This document shows, in pieces, positions 34,283 through 44,126 of a stretch of DNA of 57,341 nt (positions are counted from its first letter, which is position 1; each line of letters opens with the position of its first letter). Where the stretch lies: UHGV virus genome UHGV-0198624, one strand, 5' to 3'. The DNA comes from a virus. The notes under the pieces are model-generated. The model worked only from the letters and a program-made list of their open reading frames with translations. It was not told the origin of the DNA and did not search any database. The translations under genes were made by a program, and so were the position numbers.

Positions 34283-34926
34283 GATTCTATCCTCTCCGCC
34301 ACGTAATACATTTGGTAGTTGTTGAATGCGAACATGAGAACTTTGTCCCCGACCGCAAGTTTCGGCTCTATGTCAAGCACAACGCATTCCTCATAGTCGG
34401 ATTTTGGAAGATGTACATCCTTTGTTGTCTGGCGCGGAATTATATGCTTATGCTTGCTGTCTGTTATCATGACGGAATCATCCGCGATGCTCGCAGCTCC
34501 TCCGACCTTTATACTTGTGGCAATAGAGCTTCTTCCCAAGTCCTTGTCGGAAATTGTGTTATGAATCTCATTGCCCTTGTCATCAAGCGTTGTGTAGCTG
34601 TTCATCGCCGCCGCCGAAGCTGCCTTCTGCGCCGTTTCAAAAGCCACACCAGCGATCATTCCGCTACCTATGCTTCCAACGGATGGAGACAATTCTGTAA
34701 AATGAGTGTCTACAATATGCGTGTGCGGAATCTTTACTTTATGGGGACGGCACATCTGCCCGAGAAAAAGGAATTTCTCTGTTAACACGATCTCGTTTCC
34801 TATGTCAATTTCCAAGGGCGATGTTTTCACAACCGTTCCGAAAACCATAGTGTCAGGACGATTTGACGTGTCCGACATTTTTTTTATTGTGTTCACAATG
34901 TTTATCATGTCAATATCATCGCTCAC
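34279..34926 (-). CDS. Spike XkdR-like (DUF2577) with internal HxH-flanked insert
   Basis: FGTV..TSPL.I; L.VGDKV.M......Q.YYV. Confidence 0.75.
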   Translation of the reverse strand: MSDDIDMINIVNTIKKMSDTSNRPDTMVFGTVVKTSPLEIDIGNEIVLTEKFLFLGQMCRPHKVKIPHTHIVDTHFTELSPSVGSIGSGMIAGVAFETAQKAASAAAMNSYTTLDDKGNEIHNTISDKDLGRSSIATSIKVGGAASIADDSVMITDSKHKHIIPRQTTKDVHLPKSDYEECVVLDIEPKLAVGDKVLMFAFNNYQMYYVAERIES

Positions 34927-36041
34927 CCTAGAACCTCCGTGAACAGCTTGCTTGTCGCGACCTCAAGCGACATTGTGTGGATTCCATTGTTGTAGTTGTG
35001 CGATGCGGAAACAGCATATAGCTTCATAAGAGGTATATCCAGTTTTTTCAGTTTCAGCACAAAGCCGTCTCCGGCGTCTATTCCATTCACTCCGATAGCG
35101 TCTATCTTCATTGTCTTTGACGGCTGGGAAAAATTCTCAAGTACTTTCTCAACATACGTAACGAGCTGAGTATCCGCCTGCTGCGACTTCACATTGACAA
35201 TTTTTCTAAGCAGTCCGTATTTCTTGACAGACGCCTTGTCTTGCTTCGAGTATAGAAATTTCTTATTTTTCTGCGCCCTATCTCCGCTTGTGTCATCTTC
35301 CGATGATGACGAATCGCTCTTTACTTCCGTTACCGCTTCAATCTCATTGTAAGTGTCTTTGTCTATGCTAAGCTCGTACTGGTAGCCGGTCAGAAGCGAT
35401 TCATCGCCGATTATCAGATAGCTTTTTGTCTCCGGAAAACTGAATCCCTCTTTCGCAACCAGCTTGTTTGAATACTTCTTTTCCATTTTGAAGCCGATTT
35501 CGTTAAGCTGCAAGGTGCCGAAGTTGTCCCTGATGAAGAACTTCTGTACATTTTCACCTTTACCGCTCTGCGTGTTTGCCTCGTTTATTGCCCATTGGAG
35601 AATCTCAAAATATGAATTGTCATTAAACAGTCTTTCAGGCAGTTTTGCCTCCGGAATTTTCAGTCCGGCAGGAATCTCATATACAGTCTGTGTTCTTATA
35701 CAAGCCATCTCGAACACCTCTCGCAATGTCATGTCCCTTATAAGAACATGTCCATGGTTTTGGAAATACCGCAGCTGGTCGTAGGCTGTAACCTTGTAAG
35801 TGTCGCTTCTGTCTGTCCCTATAGTGAACACATAACCGTAGAATATGTGCTCGCCGTCATTGTCGAATATGACAATGCTTCCGAGTGTGAATTTCAGTAT
35901 GTTGTTGGGATCTTTTTCAAGTGTGAAAGACAGCTTGCCCGGCTGATCCATGAGAGATGTTGTGAAATTTATATCATGCGCAAGGCTTGAAACGTCAAAC
36001 CAATTTCCGCTGTCAGAATCAACAATCTGCAATTTTATCAT
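34923..36041 (-). CDS. Baseplate hub XkdQ-like
   Basis: F.GYVF; TAYDQLRY; D.FG.L; SIDKDTYN; KYGLL. Confidence 0.85.
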   Translation of the reverse strand: MIKLQIVDSDSGNWFDVSSLAHDINFTTSLMDQPGKLSFTLEKDPNNILKFTLGSIVIFDNDGEHIFYGYVFTIGTDRSDTYKVTAYDQLRYFQNHGHVLIRDMTLREVFEMACIRTQTVYEIPAGLKIPEAKLPERLFNDNSYFEILQWAINEANTQSGKGENVQKFFIRDNFGTLQLNEIGFKMEKKYSNKLVAKEGFSFPETKSYLIIGDESLLTGYQYELSIDKDTYNEIEAVTEVKSDSSSSEDDTSGDRAQKNKKFLYSKQDKASVKKYGLLRKIVNVKSQQADTQLVTYVEKVLENFSQPSKTMKIDAIGVNGIDAGDGFVLKLKKLDIPLMKLYAVSASHNYNNGIHTMSLEVATSKLFTEVLG

Positions 36042-36042
36042 T

Positions 36043-36747
36043 TCAAGTCTTCCACTCGTCAGGAACTTTTAGGACTGTTCCCGCCGCAAATTCCGTTGAA
36101 TCCCGCACGGCGTCCCCGATTTTCTTTTTGTTGTTATCATACAGCTTTTTCCAGAGTGTCGCGCCGGTAAGACGCTTTGCAACGGACAAAAGAGTGTCGC
36201 CTTTAACACAGGTGTAAAGGTTTGAAACTTTGACCTTTCTGGAGTTTCCCCTGAGAGGGCGCGGAATCTCGACAAGAACTGGAGGCGTAGCAAGGTCTTG
36301 CAGCTTCTGGATTTTCTCAAGCAAGGAAAGATTTGTTTTTTGCCCTATAAACTTTGCTCCGTATGGTCTGTACTCTTTCAGCTGCAGCTCAAAATATGGG
36401 TCGGATTCCTCGCCTCCATTTACCCAGTGGTTAAATGCCTCGCACGTTACCAGCATGGAGTAGTTAAGTTTTGTTACAATAAGGTTCGCAGGCTTCTTGC
36501 TTTTCTGCCATTTCTCAAGCCAGTTAATATACATAGAAGACGGAACAAGATTCTTATCCTGCCAGAAAAACGAGCTTATGTTGATTGTCGCAAGCCCTGG
36601 TGTTTTCGGAATGCTTACCTGCCCGATTCCCTCAATGTCCGCAGTTGCGGAGCTTGACGGGATTTCTTTTTTCAGCGTCTCCGGGTTGACTGGAAATTTG
36701 AGAAAGTTCTTTTCATACTGCAATGAAATATAAATCGGTATGTTCAT
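36043..36747 (-). CDS. LysM-containing tail-tube initiator XkdP-like
   Basis: FPVNPE; LKEYR; YTCVKGDTL..VAK...G...WKKLY..N. Confidence 0.85.
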   Translation of the reverse strand: MNIPIYISLQYEKNFLKFPVNPETLKKEIPSSSATADIEGIGQVSIPKTPGLATINISSFFWQDKNLVPSSMYINWLEKWQKSKKPANLIVTKLNYSMLVTCEAFNHWVNGGEESDPYFELQLKEYRPYGAKFIGQKTNLSLLEKIQKLQDLATPPVLVEIPRPLRGNSRKVKVSNLYTCVKGDTLLSVAKRLTGATLWKKLYDNNKKKIGDAVRDSTEFAAGTVLKVPDEWKT

Positions 36748-36751
36748 TCTC

Positions 36752-38656
36752 TTACCTCAAGGCGGAGCCGCTTGCTTCCATGATGCCCTCTGAAATTCTA
36801 TGTATGACAGCCTGCGCGTCCATATTGTTGTTTATTGTCATTCCTCCGACATTAACAGACGGAGTAAGGCTTGCGAACTGTACATTAAACCGGCTTGTAG
36901 CTTGTCTCATTAACAAATCTTTCCAATCCTCGGCAATACTTACAAGGTTTTCGTCAGAAGTAAGAAGCGCACCGGATGAATCAGTCTTGAAATTATTACT
37001 TACCCCCTCTATGCCTTTTAAAATTTTATCAACTTTCGTACTGTCGTCAGCCTTGTTAAGTTTAAGCAAATTTTCCAGTTTTTTATCCAGCCACATTCCG
37101 GCCTCTTCACCTTTTGACATTCCGGCTTTAGTGAGGTACTCAACAGACTTCTCCTCCATTCTATTTATTGTGAATGTTCCTTTGCCGAAAGTCTTGTCGC
37201 TCCAGTCCTTGACTGCGCTTCTTGCGCCTTGAAGCGCGCCGGTGAAATTTTTATTTGTAATAAAATCTATAACCGGGGCAATAGACTGCAGCTGAGACAA
37301 AAGCGCATCTATGAAGTTTGTTACAAGTCGTCCGATTGAGCCTATCGGGTCAGTGAACACATTCGCAATGAACTCCGCCAGGGATGCAAAAAGGTTGTAG
37401 GCTCTTACATACAGGTTATAGAACTGCGCGTACATAAAACCGCAAGCTCCGCCAATAGCTTTTCCGACATCGGCAAAAGTCAGCCCAAGTTTTATAAATG
37501 CAGCTATTGCGATGCCAACAATTGCAATTATGCCGCCAATTATCCACCCTACAGGCCCAAGTCCTATTAACCACTGCACAGCCATTTTCGCCATCTGAAC
37601 GCCATGTATAGCCACAGCTTTTACAGTGCTTGCTATCATCTTGGCATTAAAGGCAAGCCATAAAGCTCCTGCGACAACAAGTCCGGCGGCAACCGCGGTG
37701 AGAGCCGCAAGTATATGTATGGCATTTCTTTTCACGGATTCAGCGAAATCTTTTATCGCCTTTGCCATTCTGATAAGAACAGGTCTTGCTTTCTGGTAGA
37801 ACTCGAGAAACGCTTTTGTTGCCTGCTTGACAAGCGGCGCAACCGCGGTGAGAGCCTTGTTCATCGCCTTGTAAAAGTCCGCCTCCATAGTGAATTTCGC
37901 GAGCCTTATTCCTGTATTCAGTTCCACAAGTGTTTTTCCGATGCTGTCTTTCAGCGGGCCTATGGCGTTGTTAAGCTTTAGAATCTGCCCCTCGTCTGTT
38001 CCGGCAAGAGCCTTGTTCATGTACCCTACGTTATCCGTTATGATTTTCGCAAGGGTAGCCGCCTTCTGCTCTTCCGTTCCCATCTTGAGCATCCGTTTTT
38101 CCTGCTCTGAAAAGATGTATCCCATTCTTGATAGCGCGCCGTACTGCCCGGAAAGGACTTTTCCCATCATGTCGGCGGTCGCCTGAAATTCCCTTCCCCC
38201 GGCTGAATATCCGTACTGCTGGGCGATGAGGTCGCTCATAGCAGGCACAAGCATCTCAATGGCTTTTCTGTTTGACGTGAAAGACGCAAGTTCCTGTGCG
38301 CCTTGTGTTATCATGGCGGCTGAATATATGCCGGATTTTTCCTGCTCGGCGGCGAGGTCTTTTATAGCCTGAATCTCGGCTTGTGAAGCCCCCATTCTCT
38401 GCCGCATGATGGTCTCCAGCTTCATCTCCTGCTCCTGCTGGTAGAGGTAGCCGCCGGCAAGCCCGCTTACCGCCCCGGAAACTTTGCCGATGACATTGGA
38501 GATTTTTCCGATGATGCCCATGGCGTTGTTTGCGACAATAGCCGCCCTTTGAAGCCTTGAGAATCCCTTTTCAGCGGAATCAAGCTGTCTTACCATTCTT
38601 GCAATTCCGCCTGATACATTGTCTGTAAATCCGAATATAGTATTGACTTTTGCCAT
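36752..38656 (-). CDS. Tape measure protein
   Basis: Ala/Gly-rich helical sequence with hydrophobic segments; position after the chaperone. Confidence 0.85.
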   Translation of the reverse strand: MAKVNTIFGFTDNVSGGIARMVRQLDSAEKGFSRLQRAAIVANNAMGIIGKISNVIGKVSGAVSGLAGGYLYQQEQEMKLETIMRQRMGASQAEIQAIKDLAAEQEKSGIYSAAMITQGAQELASFTSNRKAIEMLVPAMSDLIAQQYGYSAGGREFQATADMMGKVLSGQYGALSRMGYIFSEQEKRMLKMGTEEQKAATLAKIITDNVGYMNKALAGTDEGQILKLNNAIGPLKDSIGKTLVELNTGIRLAKFTMEADFYKAMNKALTAVAPLVKQATKAFLEFYQKARPVLIRMAKAIKDFAESVKRNAIHILAALTAVAAGLVVAGALWLAFNAKMIASTVKAVAIHGVQMAKMAVQWLIGLGPVGWIIGGIIAIVGIAIAAFIKLGLTFADVGKAIGGACGFMYAQFYNLYVRAYNLFASLAEFIANVFTDPIGSIGRLVTNFIDALLSQLQSIAPVIDFITNKNFTGALQGARSAVKDWSDKTFGKGTFTINRMEEKSVEYLTKAGMSKGEEAGMWLDKKLENLLKLNKADDSTKVDKILKGIEGVSNNFKTDSSGALLTSDENLVSIAEDWKDLLMRQATSRFNVQFASLTPSVNVGGMTINNNMDAQAVIHRISEGIMEASGSALR

Positions 38657-38842
38657 TTACCCCTGCTGCCGTTTCATCTTGGCAAGCTCCATTTGCTCCG
38701 CCGCCACTTTCTTGTCTATGCTCGCAATCACAAACGCCTTCTGCCTTGCCGGGAGCATTGCGAACTGTCCCGGCGTCCAGTGAAAATTGAGGACGGCGTA
38801 TGTGCAGTAAGCCGCCTCGCCGTCCTCATCAATCAGTTTTTT
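38657..38842 (-). CDS. -1 frameshift extension of the tail chaperone (gpGT-like)
   Basis: Slippery A AAA AAC at 38836-38842; -1 frame KLIDEDGEAAYCTYA...AFVIASID runs up to the TMP start. Confidence 0.8.
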   Translation of the reverse strand, partial: KKLIDEDGEAAYCTYAVLNFHWTPGQFAMLPARQKAFVIASIDKKVAAEQMELAKMKRQQG

Positions 38843-39222
38843 GCGGCTTCAATCTCCATGTCGAGCGATTCAAAGCCCGACAGCTTCTGTATCTTGTCCG
38901 CGATGTCGGATAGTGTCCCGGCGGCGAATTTCCTTGAAAGAAACTCAATTCCTGAAACGCACTTCGCCTTTCTAAGGAAATTCTCATCAGAAAAATTCGG
39001 CTCTACAATGCAGGCAGACAGAACAAGGTCGTTGTATTTCTTCATGTCGAACGAAACCTTGTTTTTGTTTATACTCCTTGCCCTTGTTTGGAACTCGTTG
39101 TGCTCATCCTCTGAAAGAGGGCGGATTACAAGCTCAAGACTCTTGCCGTCAGCAGTTACTGTTATTGTCTCCCTTACATCGGAGACATCGGCAAGCCCTA
39201 GAAAATCATCAAGTTTGCTCAT
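38833..39222 (-). CDS. Tail assembly chaperone XkdN-like
   Basis: C.VEPNF; LSGF...EAAKN. Confidence 0.85.
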   Translation of the reverse strand: MSKLDDFLGLADVSDVRETITVTADGKSLELVIRPLSEDEHNEFQTRARSINKNKVSFDMKKYNDLVLSACIVEPNFSDENFLRKAKCVSGIEFLSRKFAAGTLSDIADKIQKLSGFESLDMEIEAAKN

Positions 39223-39228
39223 AGTTTT

Positions 39229-39582
39229 TTATTTCCCCAAATCTGTACTGTTTTTATTTAGCGCTGTAAAAATAAGTCCTGCGATTATAGATGCAATTCC
39301 GAATGCCGCGCTTATAACCTGTCCAGTAGTGTCCTGCGACACAAGTCCGCCTACGCCAAGTGCGAATCCTCCAAGCCCCATGCAGACAGCTGAAACTACA
39401 GTTTTCCAGCTTTTCGGATTCTTTGCCTTTGCAATAAACGACTGGCAGGCAAGCCCCGCGCCATACATGGCCACAGCAAGTCCTGTTACCTCCGCAAGAG
39501 CGAAGCCAGAGAAATTGGCGACAACCGCCCCGACGACAACAAGAATGATTCCTACAACTGTAAATACACTGTTCCTAGTCAT
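39229..39582 (-). CDS. Four-TM membrane protein within the tail operon
   Basis: Four Gly/Ala-rich hydrophobic helices. Confidence 0.7.
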   Translation of the reverse strand: MTRNSVFTVVGIILVVVGAVVANFSGFALAEVTGLAVAMYGAGLACQSFIAKAKNPKSWKTVVSAVCMGLGGFALGVGGLVSQDTTGQVISAAFGIASIIAGLIFTALNKNSTDLGK

Positions 39583-39633
39583 TTTTTTTACTCCTTTCTT
39601 ATAATTACCCGGCGCAAAAAGCGCCGTTTTTAG

Positions 39634-40101
39634 CTAAGAGTTCAGTTCCTTAAATTGTTCTGGCATTTCTATGTCAGAAAATGTGAAGTTCATGGATTCG
39701 TCAAGAATTTCACTGTCAGTGTCTATCTTGGCGACCTCCGCCTCATCAAGGTTTACGTCCGAAAGAACGACTGTCTGCCGCCCTATAGAGCTAGTCGGAT
39801 CTTCGTTCGTAACCTGCAATTTGAAGTACGTGTCCACGCCCTTGTTCGCGTAATCAATCATCATTTTAGCCCAGCGGCTTGAAGCGTAGTGGATAACAAA
39901 TGTTCCGCTACCACTCCAACCAGTAGCCTTATGCTGCGTTCCGCGATGTCCAAGGGACTTGAATTCCGTCTTGTTCTTTGTGATTTTCGCATTGATGCTC
40001 TTGCATTCAGCGACAGCGATAACGCTTCCGTCAATTATCGCATAAAGAGTGCCTTCCTTTCCGGAAATAGCATCCTCGGCCTTCATATACTTCCATTCCA
40101 T
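39634..40101 (-). CDS. Tail tube protein XkdM-like
   Basis: DAISGKEG; HK.TGW.G.GT; N.DPTSS.GRQ; FTF.D. Confidence 0.92.
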   Translation of the reverse strand: MEWKYMKAEDAISGKEGTLYAIIDGSVIAVAECKSINAKITKNKTEFKSLGHRGTQHKATGWSGSGTFVIHYASSRWAKMMIDYANKGVDTYFKLQVTNEDPTSSIGRQTVVLSDVNLDEAEVAKIDTDSEILDESMNFTFSDIEMPEQFKELNS

Positions 40102-40114
40102 TTTCCGCAGTCTC

Positions 40115-41461
40115 CTACTTTCTTACCTTCACAAGAAGATAGAGTTTTTCCATCGAATCAACAGGTTTTATGCTCCATTCAGCCGATACAGAATCAAGCT
40201 CGCTTCCCTGCGCTACGCTTATATCCGTATCAGGCTCAAACTCCTGGATTCCGTGCAACCGCTGGAGTTCCTTTGCATACGTGATAAGATCGCTTCTGAA
40301 CAAGGCTCTTCCGTCCTCGTCATTGTCAACCTTGCCCATGTATGTATTCTCCCAAGTCATACTCGTCTGCGTCCCGATTTCATCAAGAGTTCTGATAACA
40401 CGGTTTTTGCTGAAATTGTAGTCGTTTTTACTTGTGTAGGTGTGCAGAGAATTTATATCCTGCTCAACCTTTACAACTCCGCTTGCTGATGTTGACAGAA
40501 GAAACTTTCCCTTTTCAAGAGCTTCTTTTATCTCGCTGTCATCCAGTTCTCCGATTATTGATGTTGCGCCTTTTACAATCCTTGCAGTGTTCGATTCATT
40601 GAAATTAGCACCGGCAGTCATTCCTGCGACAATGGCGACAAAATCCGTCTTCAAGAATTCCACGCCGTCAATTACAGCCCCGGAAACCGAGTTGATAATC
40701 CTCTCATAGTCCGCGCCGTCATAGTCAGCAACAACAGCCTGAACACACCGCCCCTCGTCATTCCTAAGCCCCTTGATAAAATCAAAGGTGTTTTTCTTGA
40801 TTGCCGCGTCATCCGAAAGACAAGCCAATGTCTGCCATTTTGCTTTTTTAAGCAGCTTAAACATAGCTGGATATGCGGATTCAGGAACTGCCGCACCGTC
40901 TGTTCCTCCCGCAAGAGGTGTCCCGGCTGACTCTGTAAAATCCTCTCCCACTGGCTCCGCAAGCTTGCTGAAAACAACATAGTCATTGGATTCAAGCTCA
41001 GCAATTGAGCTTACCTTTTGAACATCAACGCTAGAGCCTTTCACATAGGTAATTACCTTGAAAATTCCCTCTTCCGCCTTTGAGACTGCGACATTGATTT
41101 CATTTCCAAGCGTTCCTGAGTACTTCGCCTCAACGCTTAGATTTCCTATTACCGCCTTCGACTTTAAGCCGCCTGTGTTCATTCTAAACACAAGCGCCTT
41201 ATAGCAGTAACTCAAAGCTCCGGAAAGGAGCTTAGCCTCCGCGTCAAAGGCTGTAACCCCGACTTTCTTCTGGCTGTTTCCGTCAAGCATATCGCTCGAC
41301 AAAACCTCTGTCAGTTCCGCTTCTTTTCCCCATGGCAATGAAAGCCCGATAGCGACAATGCCACGGTCTCCGGTTGTCATAGAGCCTTTCTTTACCGCCT
41401 CGAAGTTAATGTAAGCTCCGGGACGGACTTTGTTTTGCGATAGCCAAGTTCCGCCTGCCAT
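40115..41461 (-). CDS. Contractile tail sheath XkdK-like
   Basis: MAGGTW..QNKVRPGAYINF; FSKNRVIR.LD; DSMEKLY. Confidence 0.95.
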   Translation of the reverse strand: MAGGTWLSQNKVRPGAYINFEAVKKGSMTTGDRGIVAIGLSLPWGKEAELTEVLSSDMLDGNSQKKVGVTAFDAEAKLLSGALSYCYKALVFRMNTGGLKSKAVIGNLSVEAKYSGTLGNEINVAVSKAEEGIFKVITYVKGSSVDVQKVSSIAELESNDYVVFSKLAEPVGEDFTESAGTPLAGGTDGAAVPESAYPAMFKLLKKAKWQTLACLSDDAAIKKNTFDFIKGLRNDEGRCVQAVVADYDGADYERIINSVSGAVIDGVEFLKTDFVAIVAGMTAGANFNESNTARIVKGATSIIGELDDSEIKEALEKGKFLLSTSASGVVKVEQDINSLHTYTSKNDYNFSKNRVIRTLDEIGTQTSMTWENTYMGKVDNDEDGRALFRSDLITYAKELQRLHGIQEFEPDTDISVAQGSELDSVSAEWSIKPVDSMEKLYLLVKVRK

Positions 41462-41725
41462 TTACAGCTCCTTTTTTATGTATTCCTTTTCAAATTCATC
41501 TGGCTTGACTATTGAGATTTTCTCCGCCGTGCCCTTAACAAGCCAGTCATTCTCAATAATCAAAGTCTTTACTCCATCCAAAAGAGCCGTGCAGTTGCAC
41601 CTGCCGTCCTTCATTGTTATCTGGAAATTGCTGCTTCCAAGGAAAACAGCAAGCTCGTTGAAAGACATGGCATTGAACTGCAACGCCTCAACCTCTTTTT
41701 GTATGGTAATGTATCTATCTGCCAT
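41462..41725 (-). CDS. Small phage protein (PGDYG-like)
   Basis: VEALQF...NDWLVKG...VKPDEFEKEY. Confidence 0.6.
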   Translation of the reverse strand: MADRYITIQKEVEALQFNAMSFNELAVFLGSSNFQITMKDGRCNCTALLDGVKTLIIENDWLVKGTAEKISIVKPDEFEKEYIKKEL

Positions 41726-42167
41726 TCAATCCGACCCTCACAGAAAGTTTTCCGAGTTTTCCATTTCTATTTTCAGAATCCTCTATCGCCCTTACTTTCA
41801 CCGTAACAAAGAAGTGCAGAACTCCATCAGTCTTCTCGCAGTTCTTATCCTCGCATCTTATCTTTCCGTCCCCGCACTCAATTATGCAGAGCCCCGAAAA
41901 AAGCCTCAAAGCCATGCTATCAAGCTCGCGCTGCAAGTTTAAGACCGTGCTTGAATCAGAAGCCGCCCTGTACCGCACATCGAATGAATAGCTAAGCCGG
42001 TGGTATCTGCGACGCTCCTCTGTGTCGGAAACAGAAATCTGATGAATGAAGAAATGCGGATATTCAGGTGCGGATGAAGCCTCCTTATAAATTCTTACAC
42101 CGGGCGCAATCCGCATTATCCTGTCTGTCAGGGCATTCTTGATGTCCTCACTCCATATCTCTGTCAT
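41715..42167 (-). CDS. Tail terminator/completion protein
   Basis: P.FFI; FDVRY; DGVLHFF; position. Confidence 0.8.
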   Translation of the reverse strand: MTEIWSEDIKNALTDRIMRIAPGVRIYKEASSAPEYPHFFIHQISVSDTEERRRYHRLSYSFDVRYRAASDSSTVLNLQRELDSMALRLFSGLCIIECGDGKIRCEDKNCEKTDGVLHFFVTVKVRAIEDSENRNGKLGKLSVRVGLNGR

Positions 42168-42583
42168 TCAACTCCTCTTTGCTTGCAGAAGTCCGCGAAT
42201 TCCTTGTCATACCTTGCTTGCATCTGGTTACGGACTTCATCCATGGAGATTTTCAGCATGAAGTGTCCGTTGTACCAGCCGACTTCCTTTTTATTTTTTC
42301 CATGCCCGACAACTATACGGTGTCCATACTCTATGTCTGTTGCATATTCCATCGGATTCAGAATCTCAACCTCAAGAGTTTCTCCGCTGCCAGTCATTTT
42401 TCCTATCTTCCATGACCGCCTAAGCGCGCCTGTGTCTTTCGGTGTCCTAGGTTTTACCTTTGCAACCACACGCTCCGCCTGCTCGGCAAGAAAAGACCGC
42501 AGAAACCTGTTGTAGTCTTCTTGCAGTTTTTTTGCCGCTCCGAGAAACTTGGAGACTTCCGAGTAGTCAAGGTGAAAAGCCAT
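42164..42583 (-). CDS. HK97 gp10-family neck protein
   Basis: RTPKDTG.LRRSW; N.MEYA..IEYGHR. Confidence 0.88.
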   Translation of the reverse strand: MAFHLDYSEVSKFLGAAKKLQEDYNRFLRSFLAEQAERVVAKVKPRTPKDTGALRRSWKIGKMTGSGETLEVEILNPMEYATDIEYGHRIVVGHGKNKKEVGWYNGHFMLKISMDEVRNQMQARYDKEFADFCKQRGVE

Positions 42584-43533
42584 CAGCCGTACCATCCGCA
42601 TACATACGCAGCCTTTTCCACATCAGACGGAGCAAACGGCACCGCCATGAACACTGTTTCATCTCCGGCTTCGGCAATCCCTGTTATTTCAGCGAATATC
42701 TTTTGAGGCATAAGGGCGATTTTCGCGCCGGGTTTCACCTCAAGAATTTTTCCGCTGTCTCCATGCCTCATATATGCGTTTCCGCATTCAACTGTATAAA
42801 CTCCGTCCGATTCAGACACGGAGCATGGAATCCTTTTGTATAAATGGAAGCCGCTTGCAAGGCTTCCGTCATTCTTTGTATAGATTCCATCCACAAGATA
42901 GCGGAATGAATCCGGGGATTCCAGGGCCACGTACACGAATCGCACTGAATGTTTTCCTGACACGCCTTTAATTTCCGCCGAAACTCCGTCCTGAAGTTCG
43001 CCGTCAAGATAGCACTCTTTTACAGAAAAACCCTCAATGTCCGGCGCATGGACAGAGACAGTTTTCCCTTCCGCCTCCTCAATTGTGAACGGCTCAAGGA
43101 TATTCTCTCCGCCGCTCACGCACTCGACCAGTATCTTGACCGGGTTTTTCGGTGGAACTGGTGTCGGACTGCCAACCTCTGTCCCGCTCATTTGCACAAG
43201 AACCTTTTTTCTCCCCTGCGACACTACCGGATTTCCGCACCGTCCGCTGTAGACTGCGGCGATACTTCCGTCTGAACCTATTTTTTTCGCAACAATGTAG
43301 TCGTTGTTGCGTATGTCAGCCCAAATGGGAAGATGCACGGTCAGAGACTGTACGACTGGTTTTATGTCGACAGTAGCCGGATCCGGGTTGTCAACAGAGG
43401 AATAGGCGATATGGCACTTCACATTTGAATAGATTTCTTGGAGCGATCCCGATGAATCCCTCTTGATGTCGATAAAATCAGTGTCCATGAATCTTGAGAC
43501 AACATCTCCAATCTGTCCAAAGTCAAAAGCCAT
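42583..43533 (-). CDS. Head closure protein with C-terminal MucBP/Ig-like extension
   Basis: Position; extension contains APDIEGF...V.FVY. Confidence 0.65.
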   Translation of the reverse strand: MAFDFGQIGDVVSRFMDTDFIDIKRDSSGSLQEIYSNVKCHIAYSSVDNPDPATVDIKPVVQSLTVHLPIWADIRNNDYIVAKKIGSDGSIAAVYSGRCGNPVVSQGRKKVLVQMSGTEVGSPTPVPPKNPVKILVECVSGGENILEPFTIEEAEGKTVSVHAPDIEGFSVKECYLDGELQDGVSAEIKGVSGKHSVRFVYVALESPDSFRYLVDGIYTKNDGSLASGFHLYKRIPCSVSESDGVYTVECGNAYMRHGDSGKILEVKPGAKIALMPQKIFAEITGIAEAGDETVFMAVPFAPSDVEKAAYVCGWYG

Positions 43534-43545
43534 TTCCCTAATTTC

Positions 43546-43926
43546 CTAGTCAGTCCTGTACAGCTTTCTAAACCTTGAAAGCTCCTTTATGCGCGTTACC
43601 CTGTCATCCACGGCAGTTCTGAATTCAGCTCCGCTGGTGAACGACACGCTCCGTCCGTCCTCCGATATGCTTCCGACCGCCCCGGCGATTTCACCCTTGG
43701 TGTTCGCCGCGGATATATCGCGGTACGTGTCGGCGCACATCTGGCACAAAGTGTAGTTTAGCTCAGGCGGAAGCGCGCTTATATTGCAGTAATTCAAGAT
43801 TGCTCTTTCAGACATGGAAAGATAGACACGCAGAGCCGTGTCCTTTTCCTCCCCGGAAATTCCAAGGAGGATTTTCACCGTTCCGAGAAAATCGAACTGT
43901 TCTTCTGCGCTGCTTCCGTCCGCCAT
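43546..43926 (-). CDS. Head-tail connector (gp15/gp6-like)
   Basis: VK.LLGI; ILNYCN...LP.EL; SISE..RSVSF. Confidence 0.85.
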   Translation of the reverse strand: MADGSSAEEQFDFLGTVKILLGISGEEKDTALRVYLSMSERAILNYCNISALPPELNYTLCQMCADTYRDISAANTKGEIAGAVGSISEDGRSVSFTSGAEFRTAVDDRVTRIKELSRFRKLYRTD

Positions 43927-43928
43927 GG

Positions 43929-44117
43929 CTAAGCCTTCTTTTTTTTCAGTTTTTCAGCATCCGTTTTTTTCGGAATCTCTTCCTTATGCTCCGGCGCGGG
44001 TACTTCAAAACTTTCTTCTTTCTCTTCCACCAAAGGAGCGGAAGCCGCCTTTTTCATTTCAGCTTCCTTTTTCTCCCTAAGTTGTCTGATTACATTGAGA
44101 TTGTACTCGGTAACCAT
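43929..44117 (-). CDS. Small Lys/Glu-rich protein after the capsid gene
   Basis: ORF with RBS. Confidence 0.6.
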   Translation of the reverse strand: MVTEYNLNVIRQLREKKEAEMKKAASAPLVEEKEESFEVPAPEHKEEIPKKTDAEKLKKKKA

Positions 44118-44126
44118 GCGCCGCTC

